In this document: positions 1-13,003 of the stretch, piece after piece
Position numbering within the stretch: position 1 is the first letter of the stretch
Layout of the letters: every line of letters begins with the position of its first letter
NCBI GenBank assembly: GCA_030141605.1
Contig: JAQGDQ010000305.1
Location: forward strand, 1 to 64,000
Direction of reading: 5' to 3'
Length of the DNA: 64,000 bases
Origin: Tubiluchus corallicola
Taxonomy: Eukaryota; Animalia; Priapulida
The notes under the pieces: model-generated
Told to the model about the DNA's origin: nothing
Databases searched by the model: none
Seen by the model: the letters and a program-made list of their open reading frames with translations, nothing else
Program-made: the position numbers and the translations under genes

Positions 1-519
1 AATCCAATAGAAGAACCAAAGAAAAAAGAATGAAGCAATGTGAAATCATGAAAATTGTAAATCATCACTATTTCAACTACTCCTATACAGAATTAAAAAG
101 AATCATATGGCCTGACAAGTATAGATAAGTAAATAATAATAATAAACATTTTGAAAATAAAAAGATAGATAATTCAAGTGGCAATAATAAATAAATATGG
201 CAAATGAGTGAAGCAATATTCAAATTAACAAATAAAAGAAGAATTTAAATTTAAATCAGGAGACTCAATCCTATTCAACCAAACAAAACAAAAATTTAAA
301 TTTAAATCAAGAAACTCAATCCAGTAGAAGAATCAAAGACAAAACAATGAAGCAATGTCAAAGCATGAAAAATTGTAAATCATCGGCAGGTCAATCACCA
401 CTATCCAAAATTAGAGAAAATTATATGATATGTTCTTATACTGGATTTTACTATACGCCCTGTATCTGTACCAGTACCTGTATTAGTGTATGACATACGT
501 AATTTACATGGATCAATTT

Positions 520-884
520 AATAAGTTAAAAACAACACAACTTTACTAAAACTTTTATTTTACAAAGTCAAAAAGTTAAAATCTTGCCAAACGTTTTGAC
601 AGACTAATCATCATCAGTGGTAAATTTACAAGTATACAATCAATTTACATAGGCAAAGCCTATTTTGTGGTAAACATACAACCAGTTTACATATAGGCAA
701 AACCTATTATGCACTAATCAAGTAGTTAACAGAAAATAGGCTTTGCCTATATAAATTGATTGTATACTTGTAAATTTACCACTGATGTCAGTGATGATGA
801 CAGTAATAGTCTGTCAAAACGTTTGGCAAGATTTTAACTTTGCAAAGTAAAAATTTTAATAAAGTTATGTTGTCTTTAACTATA
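520..884. repeat. Long imperfect inverted repeat (arms ~520-675 and ~724-884), probable inverted Penelope-like pLTR remnant or fold-back element
   Basis: aagttaaaatcttgccaaacgttttgacagact...cagtggtaaatttacaagtatacaatcaattta(c)ataggcaaagcctatttt is mirrored by aaaataggctttgcctatataaattgattgtatacttgtaaatttaccactg...agtctgtcaaaacgtttggcaagattttaactt. Each arm has a degenerate CTGATGA...AAACGTT hammerhead-like core. Confidence 0.8.
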
Positions 885-1341
885 AATGTTTTCAAGTGCC
901 TGCAATAAAAATAAGTGTTTTAACTTGCTTGCGATGTCTATGACACCTAACCATAACACGGTTAATGACGGTCTCTCCTCAACAATTTGCGAAATTGCGG
1001 CAGGAATTTACTTTAGCATCTTCAGCAGAATTCATAGCAGTTAAAAAGTATTTCAAAACACACATACACCTAACGCAAGAAAGTGCAGTATTTCATAAAA
1101 AGCAAATTCACAAAAAAGTTACCAGAAAATTAGAAAAATTTAATAATTTTACGTCTTGTAAATTACAAAACTAGGCGCCACAGTTAAGGGTAATACAAGA
1201 AATCTTGGATTCTTTTGTCTTTGCCTTGCCTTGGCCAAAGTATACAAAAGAAATTAAGGAAATACTACTGCGCAGCAGTTTGCGCAGTTAGTGTTGCCCT
1301 AGCGGCCGAGCAGTACGGACTGTTGTCAGGTACGCTATAGG

Positions 1342-2657
1342 CAGGGCACTTTATTTATGACTTTTCTTGCAAAATAGTCATAAATAGTCATAAATAAGAT
1401 TTCAAATTTGTCATAAATAACGAAAGAAAAATAATCATTTCCCGATGAATGGAACAAAAAATTCAGTACAGAAAACTGTTTCCACCGTCTCTCTCTCTCT
1501 CTCTCTCCCACACACACAGGCAGTCCATAAGAAGCTTGCGCGTGACTGTTTGGTGGACTAACACAGTAACTGAGACTGTCTAACTGATGCGTTTATCTGT
1601 CATTAACTCGTCTAGAAGCAACCTAAATAATAAAAAGTAAATGAGCGCGTTACCGCGAAAAAATAAATAGGCACCGACAGAATCGTTGTCGTTCCATCGA
1701 AAATTTGAATTAAAGACAGCTTACCTATTTTAATGTCCTAAAGTTCTGCCGCCTCAAACCTACGCTCTGCACAATAACAGAAATCTACACTTCTAATTCT
1801 TTTCTTTGCACGTTCATTTCAGTGCCTTTCTCATCCTAGCGGCGTTAGGGGTGAGCATTCTCTACCAGAAAGCGAATTCGAATCGAACCGAATTTGTGAC
1901 TTTCGAATTCGAATCGAACCGAACTTCGATGCTTACCCCTAAGCGGCGTAAGTCAATGGCTTGGGTGTAGGTTTTAGCTCGAGTTTGCCGCAAGCGTTTC
2001 CCGTGCCTTACTGCCTCATCCTCAAGAAATAAGAATAATGCCGTCTGCTAGAATTTGAGCATATTTTATCTTTGGGAGAATTTGTTGCTTCATTGTCATT
2101 AAAATTTAACTGTTTTTCTTGTTTAGTTATTTTGCTTAATGTAATTTTAATTAGAAAACATACGTGACGGTTCCCTAGAAAGATGTAATAGCCAATAGTA
2201 TTTTCCAACATTAAATTTTAAATCGATATTTAAAAAAATACATTATTTACTTGTACTAATTGTGGCTACGAATTGTGACTGTACGAATTAATTAATAGAT
2301 TGATTTTTATGAGCAGTAATTTTATAGGTCATCCTAAACAAATTAAAACCGATACTATAATTATTATAAACACGATCACGGATTTCAGTCTGGAGGGATG
2401 CCTGCATGCAAAACAATACGAGAAACTTCAGGCCTTGGAATGATGAAAGTAGACATTTTTATTACATTTTAATGTAATGAAGAACGAAGAAAGGCAAAAT
2501 ACAAGATTCTGATTAAAAATATGTATTTCTTTTAGCTCAGGATGGCATTTTTGGTCAAAATTTGACACGTCATAAATAGTCATAAATAAAATCTGAAATT
2601 AGTATTAAATAAGCTATTTATGCAATTTATGACTAAAGTCATAAATAAAGTGCCCTG
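1342..2657. mobile_element. Non-autonomous hAT-superfamily DNA transposon (1316 bp)
   Basis: 23-bp TIR cagggcactttatttatgacttt / aaagtcataaataaagtgccctg; perfect 8-bp TSD gctatagg (1334-1341, 2658-2665); subterminal gtcataaata repeats at both ends; no transposase ORF. Confidence 0.9.
1846..1941. mobile_element. 96-bp hAT-type MITE nested in the larger element
   Basis: TIR taggggtgagcat / atgcttacccct-a; 8-bp TSD agcggcgt (1838-1845, 1942-1949); internal direct repeat cgaattcgaatcgaaccgaa x2. Confidence 0.85.
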
Positions 2658-4825
2658 GCTATAGGGCATGCTGTGTGTACTGTAGCAGATGAATTGATCA
2701 GACTACCAAAGCAAGGTCGGTTAAAAGGCGCTCATAGATTTCTCAGCAGTGAGTTGCGAAAACACAAATAAAAATATCTTTTTCAATTTCGCAAGGCGCA
2801 GCCAGGTAATTATAATAAAATGTTAATTATAACACGGTTTTGTAACTTTAGTTACAAGTTAAATATTTTGTACACTAAGCAAAGACTGCAAGGCCTACAT
2901 CTCTCTTTGGCGATTTATAGCAGCTGTTATATTTTTGAATATTATTTAAAGCAAGCATAAGGCATTAAGAATAATTAGTAGTTAAAATAAAAACTATTAT
3001 AATCATATCTGATGAAAATTAATAGGTTTATTTACAAAAGAAGTCAAGAAAGTTGATCATAAAGAAAGTTTGCAAATACCTGGCTCATGTAGTATTCTAT
3101 GTCTGGAGAAATATTTTTTCTAAAAAACATTCTTATTTAGTATGTTCTTATCACAAAATATAACTTGAAGAAATATTAGGCCTGACTTTCATGTGTAATA
3201 CCTTTCATAGAAAAAATAGATTTTTTCAGAAGAGCAATTAATTTTTCCAAAACAAAACTTAACTAAGCATCTACATGTTTTGTTAATTCCAAGTTAAAAG
3301 ATGTTTAAAAAGCATATAATCATACAATGGCCTTCGTTATGAGTTGGAGTTGGTTATAAAATCACGTTGAACAAACGGAGATGCGTTTATGACATTACTC
3401 CTCTTTTTTATTATCAGTAAACAAAAAATAACAAAAAGAAACATCAGAGTTGTCATCCTAAGCAGCCAGCATTACTTCCACCTCTATAACAACCAACTAA
3501 CTAGGTCAAAATCATGTTACGGAATACAGGTGAGAAGCCAACCTGGCTCATAAATTAGAATCGGCAGAAGTGTCATAATACTTTATATATCGTGTGTAGG
3601 CGTCACTTATATTTAGCCTATTTTTTTAAGATTCAGTTAGGTTTACGTCAATATAAGTGTTCATTAAATACAGTTTGTTTACGTGTAAAAAATGTACTTG
3701 TATAAGCGTACTAATAAAACACCTGTGGCTAAATCCACTGACAAGTTTTGGTAAATATTATTTATTGACGGGCTTAAATTAATTGATTTTATACAGGCCT
3801 AGGTGCTAAGGGCAATCATTTTATATAGTTAAATATATAGGCTCAGCTTCATAGAATCTTTGTATGTAATAATGCATACATCATACATGTATGTGAGTCT
3901 ATGTGCATGGGTGTATCAAGACGTTACAACACCCTAGGCTGGCAGTTCAGTCATACTCATCTCTACGATTGTAATGATTATTTATATATGAAGCACAGTA
4001 TGCAATTACTTGTTGTGTGCATGTGTGCATGTGCAAATTATTTATATACAAACCTACAATATAATATATGTGCAACTAAATGGCATGTAAATGGGTGCAA
4101 TTTTTAATGTGCCAAATTCGCTACCTCGCATTGGAGTAAAACGACCAAGAAACAAATGGCAGAACCTTCAACAAAAGGAAAAGAAGGATCTCTCTCCCTC
4201 CCTCCCTCTCTATGTCTCTCTCTTTTTCTCTCTCCCTCCGTTTCACTGTTTGTCTTCCTCTTCCTCTCTCTCCTTCGCTTTCTCTCTAAGAGAGGGAGGG
4301 AGAAAAAAATCAATAAATCAATAAAAAATGCATTACTTTTTACATGGTAGGTAACCCATCACGCTGTCAGCTAGCCTCTTTCCTCAGGAAGAACAATAAA
4401 ATTTTACTTACAAGAAAACTGAAGAAGTATTTGCAAGTACATAATACAAACTTATTGCTACAATTTTTTCCTTTTCGCTAAATGTTTTCAGCTTTTTTTA
4501 AACTAATAATTGCTTTTAATTGAGATATTCTTCTTTTATTAAAAACGCAAAAGTGATATTGGCTTATCGAAATTGCGCGTATGCCTACATTATTGGTGAA
4601 CTGAAGAATATTATTATTACAGTCATTGTGCCGCTCAAAAATTTTTAATCACCGCCGTTTGATGCCGCCAGCATAGCCGCTAGTCGCAAAAACGAAATAC
4701 GTAACAATAGGCATTTCGTCACTTCCTCTCTTTACACTTTGCCTTAGTTTACCTTGTCGTTGATCGATTATCAAGCCTAGAAAGGTGTTTTGAGTTTATC
4801 ACAGTTGCACGCAACTTCATGAAAT

Positions 4826-5152
4826 TTATGCACTAGAACAAAAGAAATTTGTTGGAGTTCAAAAGTCAAGATCCGAAGATTAAGATGACTAGGACATCTT
4901 CTAAGATTACCAAATGAAGCACCAGTAAGAATCGCCTTAAAGGAAGCCTTAAAACCTTGCAAAAAACCACCAGGTAAACCTAAAACAACCCCGATAGCTA
5001 AGAATAGTAAGATAAATAAAAATGTTCAACCAAATCTATCTTTAGAAGTAGAAGAACTTACGCTGTTAGCTGCAGATAGAAGTGGGTGGAATACTCTAAT
5101 AAATGTTGATACCTCAATGCCTACAACAGGTGGAATGAGATTTTGAAGAAGA
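4826..5152 (+). mobile_element. 3' fragment of an RTE-clade non-LTR retrotransposon (decayed)
   Basis: + strand reads KVKIRRLR*LGHLLRLPNEAPVRIALKEALKPCKKPPGKPKTT...LAADRSGWNTLI, matching the RTE C-terminal RRLRWLGH..R / RPRGRP..TW / A.DR..W motifs; ends in a short (GAA)n tail. Confidence 0.75.
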
Positions 5153-6384
5153 ACACAAGTTCACGTGTGTTTCATGTTTTTGTTTGTATTGCATAGGTAG
5201 TAAAAAGAAAAAAAAACATGAAAATTTAATGCGTGAATTTCGCTGTTGCTAATGTACCAAACAGACTTTAAACTGATCATAATCTAAATTTTGCACTATA
5301 ACTACAGCACAAATTATGGCTCTCCGACGGGGATACCCCTAATTAAATGGTACATGGCCAAGGCATCTTAGGTAAGTTAACAGGTATGTATTTGCCTTAC
5401 AATTTACCTTATACTATTCGACTATGGCAGCGTTGCTGTCGGATTGCGGGCATTAATACGGTATGTGTTTCGTATTGATCACCTCAACAGATTGAAAGAA
5501 TGAGATAGGTCTAACGATTTCAACGATATATCATTAGACTAAGGAATATATTCAGGTATACCAAACAAATATATGGTGAAGAAAACGTCGAAACCTGTGC
5601 ATTCCCATGTCCGCTTAACTCTAACATGCGCCTTTTCCATCACATGCACAGCTGCGATCCCACGGAAAAAAGATGGAAACGCATGAATGCATTAAACAAA
5701 TTAAAATTTCAAGGCAGCTACTATGAACGTGTGCTTGGTAACAATAAGTATCAAACTGTGGCACCAACAGTTTATATATACTCGTCAGTGAAACAGCTAG
5801 TTCCACAAACAATGCCTGCTATAGCATTTCTAAATCATTGATGTTAAGTACTGTTGTAGAAAAGTGATATCATTATTCTGGCAGATGATTGGTTCCTATA
5901 TTAATGACATCATGCATGCCAGCAGTTGCTTTTGAAAAAAATAGAAGGGCCTTCTATTTTTCAAATGCAGTCATGCGAGCTGCAAATGTGTGAGGCTCTT
6001 GCCTAATATATCATCATAGCTTGAAAATAGCGTTTCCATTTTAGGCATGGCCGACGGCTAGACACACCTGCAAGCTGCGGATGTGTCACCTTTACTCAAG
6101 CAGCCTCTTCCGAAAACGAAATTACTAGCTTTTGCAGCTTTCTTGCTTTTGGTGTTACATCCGCATTATATGTCCGGGTTCTGTTGTGCTGTTTAAGTTT
6201 GTGTGACCAGTCCTCAACATAAAATGCTTAAAATTAGAAGTGATATCATAAAGCTTGTGCTCATTAAACATGAAAGTGTTACTTTTGGAGTATTAGTATA
6301 CTAAATTATGATTTTAATTATGAGAGTCTTGTATTGTGCAGTTTTGCAATTAGCCATAGTTAAATATTTTTTATAATTTATAGC

Positions 6385-6559
6385 ATGTATCTTTGCAGTA
6401 AACCAGTCAACATGTCCATGCTGATTTACATCGGCGCAGGATTCGCCACAGGATTATGCTTATTGAAACTGTATAGGATGTTTTCAACGACCAAATTTAC
6501 TTGTACAAAAGTATTGCATGGGAAAACGTTTTTAGTTACAGGAGCTAACAGTGGCATAG
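6385..6559 (+). CDS. Retinol dehydrogenase 11-14/DHRS13-like SDR, coding exon 1 (hydrophobic N-terminal anchor and Rossmann TGxxxGIG)
   Basis: MYLCSK...LIYIGAGFATGLCLLKLY...KTFLVTGANSGI-G; donor g|gtattc at 6560, phase 1. Confidence 0.9.
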
Positions 6560-6951
6560 GTATTCGTGGTTCAATTATGTGTTTTTTAGGCAATTTAAAT
6601 AATGAAATAATTTTTTATTGTCTTCAGTAAAAAAAAATTATTGTTATAGCCAGAAAACACGTGAATTTAAGTTTGCAGGTATTTCACTCCAAAAAATAAT
6701 GATTGTGGTCCAGTGTCCAAAAAGTTAAATGGATTATGTTGCTGTGCTAAAGTTACCGATTTTAATTATGTGCCCTTTGACCAGTGATCCATTCAAAAAT
6801 TTGGAAAAGCACTTATGTATTAGTGTTGATGCGTAAATGTTCCATTAAACTTTTGATGGAACCATTAAATTAAATACTGTATATGAAAGGCAATTTAAAC
6901 ATTTTTGAGTCAACTGTAGCTGATGTAATTCATGTTCACTCTTTCTTACAG

Positions 6952-7754
6952 GTCGAGCCACTGTTGAAGAACTAGCAAAGACAGGTGCTAGAGTCATCCT
7001 CGCCTGTAGGGATGTGGTCAGTGCGAATAATGTTGTTGATAGCATCCGTCAGACATGCAGCCAGGGAGAGCTAATAGTGAAATTTCTCGATCTCTCGTCT
7101 CTGCAGTCAGTACGTGACTTTTGCCATGATATTCTGAAATTTGAGAAAAACATTGATGTTTTGATTAACAATGCTGGTGTATATGGCGGTTCATACTGTA
7201 AAACTGTGGATGGATTTGAATTAAACTTTGCTGTGAACCATCTAGGGCATTTTCTGTTAACGAACATGTTGTTGCCAAAACTGCGAGAGCGTGTACCTAG
7301 TCGCGTTGTCATTGTCTCATCAGCATTGCATAAAAAAGGCATTGTGGATTTCGGCAACTTGAATTTAACCTCAAAATATAATCCTGGGCAAGCTTATCGT
7401 AACTCCAAGCTTATGAATGTCATGTTTGCTCATGAGTTGCACAAAAGAGTGTCCCAAGATGGAGTGAGTGTGTATACGGTCAGCCCTGGAATAGTTCGAA
7501 CTGGGCTTGGCCGTCGGACAAATGTCTCTAAGTTTATCCTGTTATTATTGCGACCATTTATTTGGGCATTATTGCTTACACCTAAACAGGGTTGTCAAAC
7601 GATGCTGTATTGTGCAATTGAAGATTCACTATCATCTGGGAATTACTATAAAAACTGCCGTCAGCTGAAGTTCACAGGTCAAGATTTAAATGATGAAGCT
7701 TGTAGGAAACTGTGGCAAGTTAGTGAACAATTAACTGGACTGGTTGGTCATTAG
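6952..7754 (+). CDS. Retinol dehydrogenase 11-14/DHRS13-like SDR, coding exon 2 (spliced product 325 aa)
   Basis: Acceptor ctttcttacag|; reads GRATVEELAKTGARVILACRD...LDLSSLQSVR...DVLINNAG...DGFELNFAVNHLGHFLLT...SRVVIVSS...catalytic YRNSK...SPGIVRTGL...KLWQVSEQLTGL. Confidence 0.93.
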
Positions 7755-9026
7755 AATATCCGATGTATTAGTTCTTAAATTTATTATTTATTTGTCAAAG
7801 CTCTCTTGTTTATTGAAACTTCCTGATTAACTTTGCACTGAAATTTGATTTTGCATTCGTGCTATCATGAATTTGATTTTGTTTTCATGACTGCCACACA
7901 TAAGTGAGTGTGATTGCAAGTAAATTAATACTCAACTTTTCTAGTTTTATTCTAGTGCTTTTTAATTGCATAATGTTAACATTTTAGGAACAACATGTTT
8001 GTTGGGGGTACAAAGGCCTAGCCTCGTGGGTCTTACACATCCTGTATTTTTGAAGGGTAAGACTGGAAACTCTAGAAGGTCGGAGTCAAATCAAATTTAA
8101 AGTCCACCACATCTTGCAGGTGATTTTACAATTAAGATTATCTTATGGATGCGCCAAAGTAAAATGTCCAAAAGAAAAATCTATCTCTGGTGCGATAAAC
8201 CTGAAATTAATTTATTCAGTATAAAAATGTGATTCAACAATAAAGAGAAGCAAACAAATAGAAAAATAATTAACAGATTAACAGGAGAAAATTACAGCAG
8301 CTAAGTGAAAATATGACGTGTTTTTAATTAATTTCTGATCTATAGAAAAAATAGCAGATTATTGTATTAATTTACAAGATAAAGATAATTAAGACTAAAT
8401 TAACAGAACTTACAATTTGATGATTAAATGGCGTCCTAGATAACAAAAACGGTATTTAATGAGTTCACCAGTACTACGGCAGCAACTAAAAAGATTTCAG
8501 AAACGTTAACCAGGTGCCACCAGCACCCACATATCTGATAGAATACCAATCAATGGTATGCTCTTGGCTCAGCTACCAGTCTACCTTTCAGGATGGCTCC
8601 AACGTGATTGGCAGAGTCGAGGCCAATGATTCGTCTCCAATCTTTCCATCAAGATTGCAAGCTGTGGAAGACATACGAAGTCTTCACACAAGTAGTGAGG
8701 GCATAATAACTTCACTATTGGTTTTAGCAATACTTTAATGCAATAAATTGTTTTGTACTGTTATTCATTGTTTTTGTACCACCTCCCCTTAGAAAGAGGT
8801 TATGTTACACATTTTACAATATGATAGCAATCGGTGCCTGGAAAACATGACAGAATGAAATTGTGTTAGACTTATAAAAGCTGAAGGTTAACTGCTAGGA
8901 GAACTTTGAACTGTTTCCATTCAGTGTATGTATGTTGCACCAACCATAAGTCCAGTCTGTAAATTGCACCAACTCGTTCACATTCACAGTTGTTCGCAAA
9001 TACTCACTTCTGTCTAAAATATAGAT

Positions 9027-9120
9027 GCTATCAAATCTGCTGTGTAGTATAACACTTTATTTGCTAGGTTGGTCTAGCCTAGCAAATAAAGTATTATAAC
9101 TATGTAGCTGATTTGATAGC
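9027..9120. repeat. ~94-bp hairpin/palindrome (MITE-like)
   Basis: gctatcaaatc.gct...gtataa.actttatttgctagg [ttggtctag] cctagcaaataaagt.ttataac...agctgatttgatagc. Confidence 0.7.
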
Positions 9121-10585
9121 TGTGGTTAGACCTGACGCGTGATAATGTAGTGTCTATTTTTTGGTAGACTGTAATAAGTATACTTTTTGGTAATCGAAAA
9201 CCCCAGCTATGCAGACCAGTAAGAAGTGCATTTATTGGTTTTACTGACGGTGATGTTCACGCGTTTGGGGACGTATAGTGTATCAAACCCAGCCTTCTTT
9301 CAAATTGTGGCGTAACTTTGGCCCGATTGCGAAAAGACAAGAACTCGAGAAGGCAGCTTTCAAAATATATGGTGTGATATATCCAATCAGAAAGAACCTG
9401 TTCAATTATGCTTGTGGTATAGATTACCAATCAAAGTGTATATTATATTGTTACATTATAACCCTTTTATTGTATCACGCTAATCAGTAGTGAATTTTGA
9501 CAGCAAGTGTCTAACAGGGTGTCATAGGACCTTTAAATAACTTAAATATTAATCTCACACGTGGTTTTGAAGGACACAAGCTTATAAAAATTTCTGTTTT
9601 TCGTACAGATGTCACCACATTTGATATAATGTACTATCTACACTATAATTAATGTGGAACTAGTTAAACACTTGAATGCATCACAATACAGAACTTTTGT
9701 TTTGATGTTCACTCTAGTATCATTTAGTTGAAGGACTGTCCGAATTCGCCATTAAATCAGTATGTTAGTGTCTCAACTAGGAGTGATATAGTTAGTTAAA
9801 AGACTCTGACATTATACAAAATTGCATCAAACTGAGCTTATGTGAAAATGTGAATTGCTATTTGTGCTGGCGCTGGAATGGCAGAAAGAAACAGAGACAA
9901 CAAAAAGTGGAAAAAATGTATAGACGGATGAGGGGAAGAAACGAACCCCATTCTGATGGGCAAGAAACTTATTCAAACACATCATTACTGTCTAAAGAAT
10001 GGCAGCTTTGCTCCTTTTTACTTGTGACACTCTAAACTGTATAATTTGTATAATTTAAATCGATTTAGAAAACATGTAAAGGTATTTCTCTTCGCTTTGT
10101 TAGCCGATTTTTGCTTTATGAACCCATCTTTGCGTATCATTTCGCTAAAGATGCATTTTTCATACTGAAAGAGCATTGTAAGGTCAAATGTTTCATAAAA
10201 ATGCACCGTTGCACTTTAAGTGGAACTAATCATTGACACTAATGCAGTAATTGGTCAATGATTTTGCCATTTTAAGCTGCTCAGGTTAACAATGAGTATC
10301 TTATTCATGGTAATGCCTCTAATCGTTCCCTGTCAGTGTGAATACGTCAACGCAATGCTGCTAGAAATTTTACTATAATTCAGCCTAAGAATAAATATAG
10401 TGAAGCAGTAGTAGAAAATGGGGACACTAAAATGACAAACATTTGCACGACACGATTGTTAAAGAAAGGAAACGCTTGTAAATAAATTGAGATGAAATTT
10501 ATACAAAATACAAAATGTGTAACTTTCTGATTGCCTGTCTCTCTATTTGTCAGTGTTCTCCTCGTGTTCTTTCTCTGTTCTCACT

Positions 10586-10616
10586 CTTCCCTCTCCCCCT
10601 CTCTCTCTCCCTCCCT

Positions 10617-10684
<68 letters not shown>

Positions 10685-10712
10685 ACTCACTCACTCACTC
10701 ACTCACTCACTC
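10586..10712. repeat. (CT)n followed by (CACT)n microsatellite
   Basis: Directly visible; explains the low-complexity SL/TH ORFs at 10515-10781. Confidence 0.95.
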
Positions 10713-11949
10713 ATGTTAGATCAGCTAAAGTTGGTTCGCATTTGTAAGAGCTCTCTTTACACCCGCCGGCGAAAAATTTAAAGGTATTTTGGAAAGAACT
10801 TGACCTTCCTGGAATTTAGAGTGTGTGGCTTATTTTGCTAGCATTTGTTCTTCCCATATGAAGGATGGGGTGGGGATGGACATCTAATGCTTAGGTCGAC
10901 CTTGCTGATTTTGAAAGCTGACGGCTTATGTGATTTGTATCTCCAGTACCTTTAATTCTAGAGAGCGTGACTAAAGCACACGGCTGCCTTAAAAATCGAA
11001 TTAAAGTCGATTATTATTTATTGAATAATAAAATGGTTTGGTAATTCCTATGAACGTCCCTGTTACGTTCAGAACATGTAAGTCAACACTAAGCCTGCAA
11101 GACAGAAATTAGCTCAGAGTAGACCTTAATTAGTGCTATGCCTTTGTGGGAAGTCTAATCGATCCCATTTTTGGGAAGTCCAATCCTCAAGGAAATCTTA
11201 CGACTAGTCTTGAATACTCTCATTTAAGTAAAAAAAGTGCTGGCAGGCCTCTACATTTTTGCATACAGGTCTCAGACCTCCTGGCTTCTTGACCCGCACG
11301 AAACTTAGTCGTACGGGCTCTTGTTAAACGAAATCTCACTCGACAATATTGTTATAATCGTACTTGTACACTTTTATATATCTTAAGACGCTTACGCACT
11401 ATGATCTTTTGCCACCAAACTATAGTTAAAACTGCGCGTGTGTTATGGTAATCCAGCTGTCAGTTCGCCAAGTTAGCCAACTGTAGTATCAGACATTAAA
11501 AACGTAAACTGGGATTGTGAAACTGGATTACGATTCAAGAAGCTTTTACTCGCGACCAGGAAAATTTTTTCAGATCTAAACTCATGCTTCATTAAAAATT
11601 CAATGTGAACGTGAATTTTATCGTGAAACACGAATAAGCCGAAACCCTATTAATACGCATTATACATGGAGACTTGAAATTAACATAACACCACTATCAT
11701 TTAATGATAATGATAATCAAGTTTTGAATTTATGCCCATTGATTCATTAATTATCGAAATACCCAATAACATTAAATAATTTAATTAAACTTGTAACTTA
11801 GTCTCATTATGTTTGCTGATTTATAACTATATGACTCTATGTTTTCATTTTCAAGGGACTACCAGGATCACTATCACTAGTCTTGCGGTTTTCCGACTGA
11901 ACAAACTGTGGCTTTTTACAAAAACTTTAAAGACTTTTTCTCACTGAGC

Positions 11950-12280
11950 AATGTTTAGCTTTTAGCCCGGGGGTGACCGCGTCGAGAACTTGCCTTCATG
12001 CTTTTCTTTCAAGTATGTGTCTGTTGTGAACACAGCATTGCATAGATCTGCCTGATCGCTTTTCTGGAGCTATTGTGCAGATTGATCGCGTGTGATTTTT
12101 AGCAGAGAAGTTCACCGGTGTGGGGTCTGTAGGGACAGAAGTAGATGTTTGGTGGAAGTGTTGCCCCTGTGCAGTGTTTGAAAAACGTTTTTCACAGTTT
12201 AGTAGTGTAGATAGTTGAATATACGTTAGTACTTTTCAATACTTATTTAGATTCCTAATCTGATCCAGCAGCAGTAGCGG
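11950..12280 (+). promoter_or_regulatory. Candidate promoter and non-coding first exon of the CH-SAM gene
   Basis: Locally GC/CpG-richer sequence ending in a consensus donor gcgg|gtaagt at 12281; next strong acceptor is 18132, just upstream of the ATG. Start coordinate approximate. Confidence 0.45.
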
Positions 12281-12936
12281 GTAAGTTTATGGAGCTCTTA
12301 AAACTTTATTTATATGTTTTTAGGCCCGTTGCAGTGGACCTATAACTAACTTATTTTATAACAACACTAGGAACGACCATTGTACGACATCTGTCTACGT
12401 GTAAAATTATTAATATTTCATTATTTGTTCATTGCTGTTAGACCTACAGGTGTGATGCAACGTCACGCCAAACAATGAAGTGATATATTTTTATTTAAGC
12501 CATTTTCCGTGTAAAATGAAGGAATGCATTACCTATTATGCGTTGTCGATTCCTGCAGTCAAGAGGAAAACCTGCTAGATGGTTTGAAAAACACCTGGGA
12601 ACGAAATCGCAGGAGCAATAGGATCTAACTTTGTATAATTATTCTTATATAATTTCAGAGCAACTGTATTAGAAGCATTTGAGCTAATAATCTAGACTTT
12701 TTATGTGATGCAAAGCAGTGCGACATCACCTCTGTTTCAATATTTACTAAGAATTCTGTGATCAAGAGCTCCATTTTTGCTAACAGATTCAACAACACGC
12801 TTTGCACCTATTAATGCAGCGAGATCTTTGAAATAATAGCGTCTTAGAATAGAATGGAATTGCAATATATATATATATATATATTTATACATAGAAGAGA
12901 ATGGAATGGAATAAAACACAACAGTATAGAATAGTT

Positions 12937-13003
12937 AATAGAATAGAATAGAATAGAATAGAATAGAATAGAATAGAATAGAATAGAATAGAATAGAATA
13001 GAA
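12937..13003. repeat. (AATAG)n microsatellite
   Basis: Directly visible pentanucleotide array. Confidence 0.95.

Noticed and set aside
2440-2512. ATGATGA...CTGA box C/D snoRNA-like spacing
   Set aside because: Inside a hAT element, only a 2-bp terminal stem, no recognisable rRNA guide.
5515-5841. ~108-codon open frame upstream of the RDH-like gene
   Set aside because: No recognisable domain or convincing splice sites.
8514-8738. GC-richer 74-aa ORF
   Set aside because: No recognisable motif in any frame, stops in alternative frames, no splice support.
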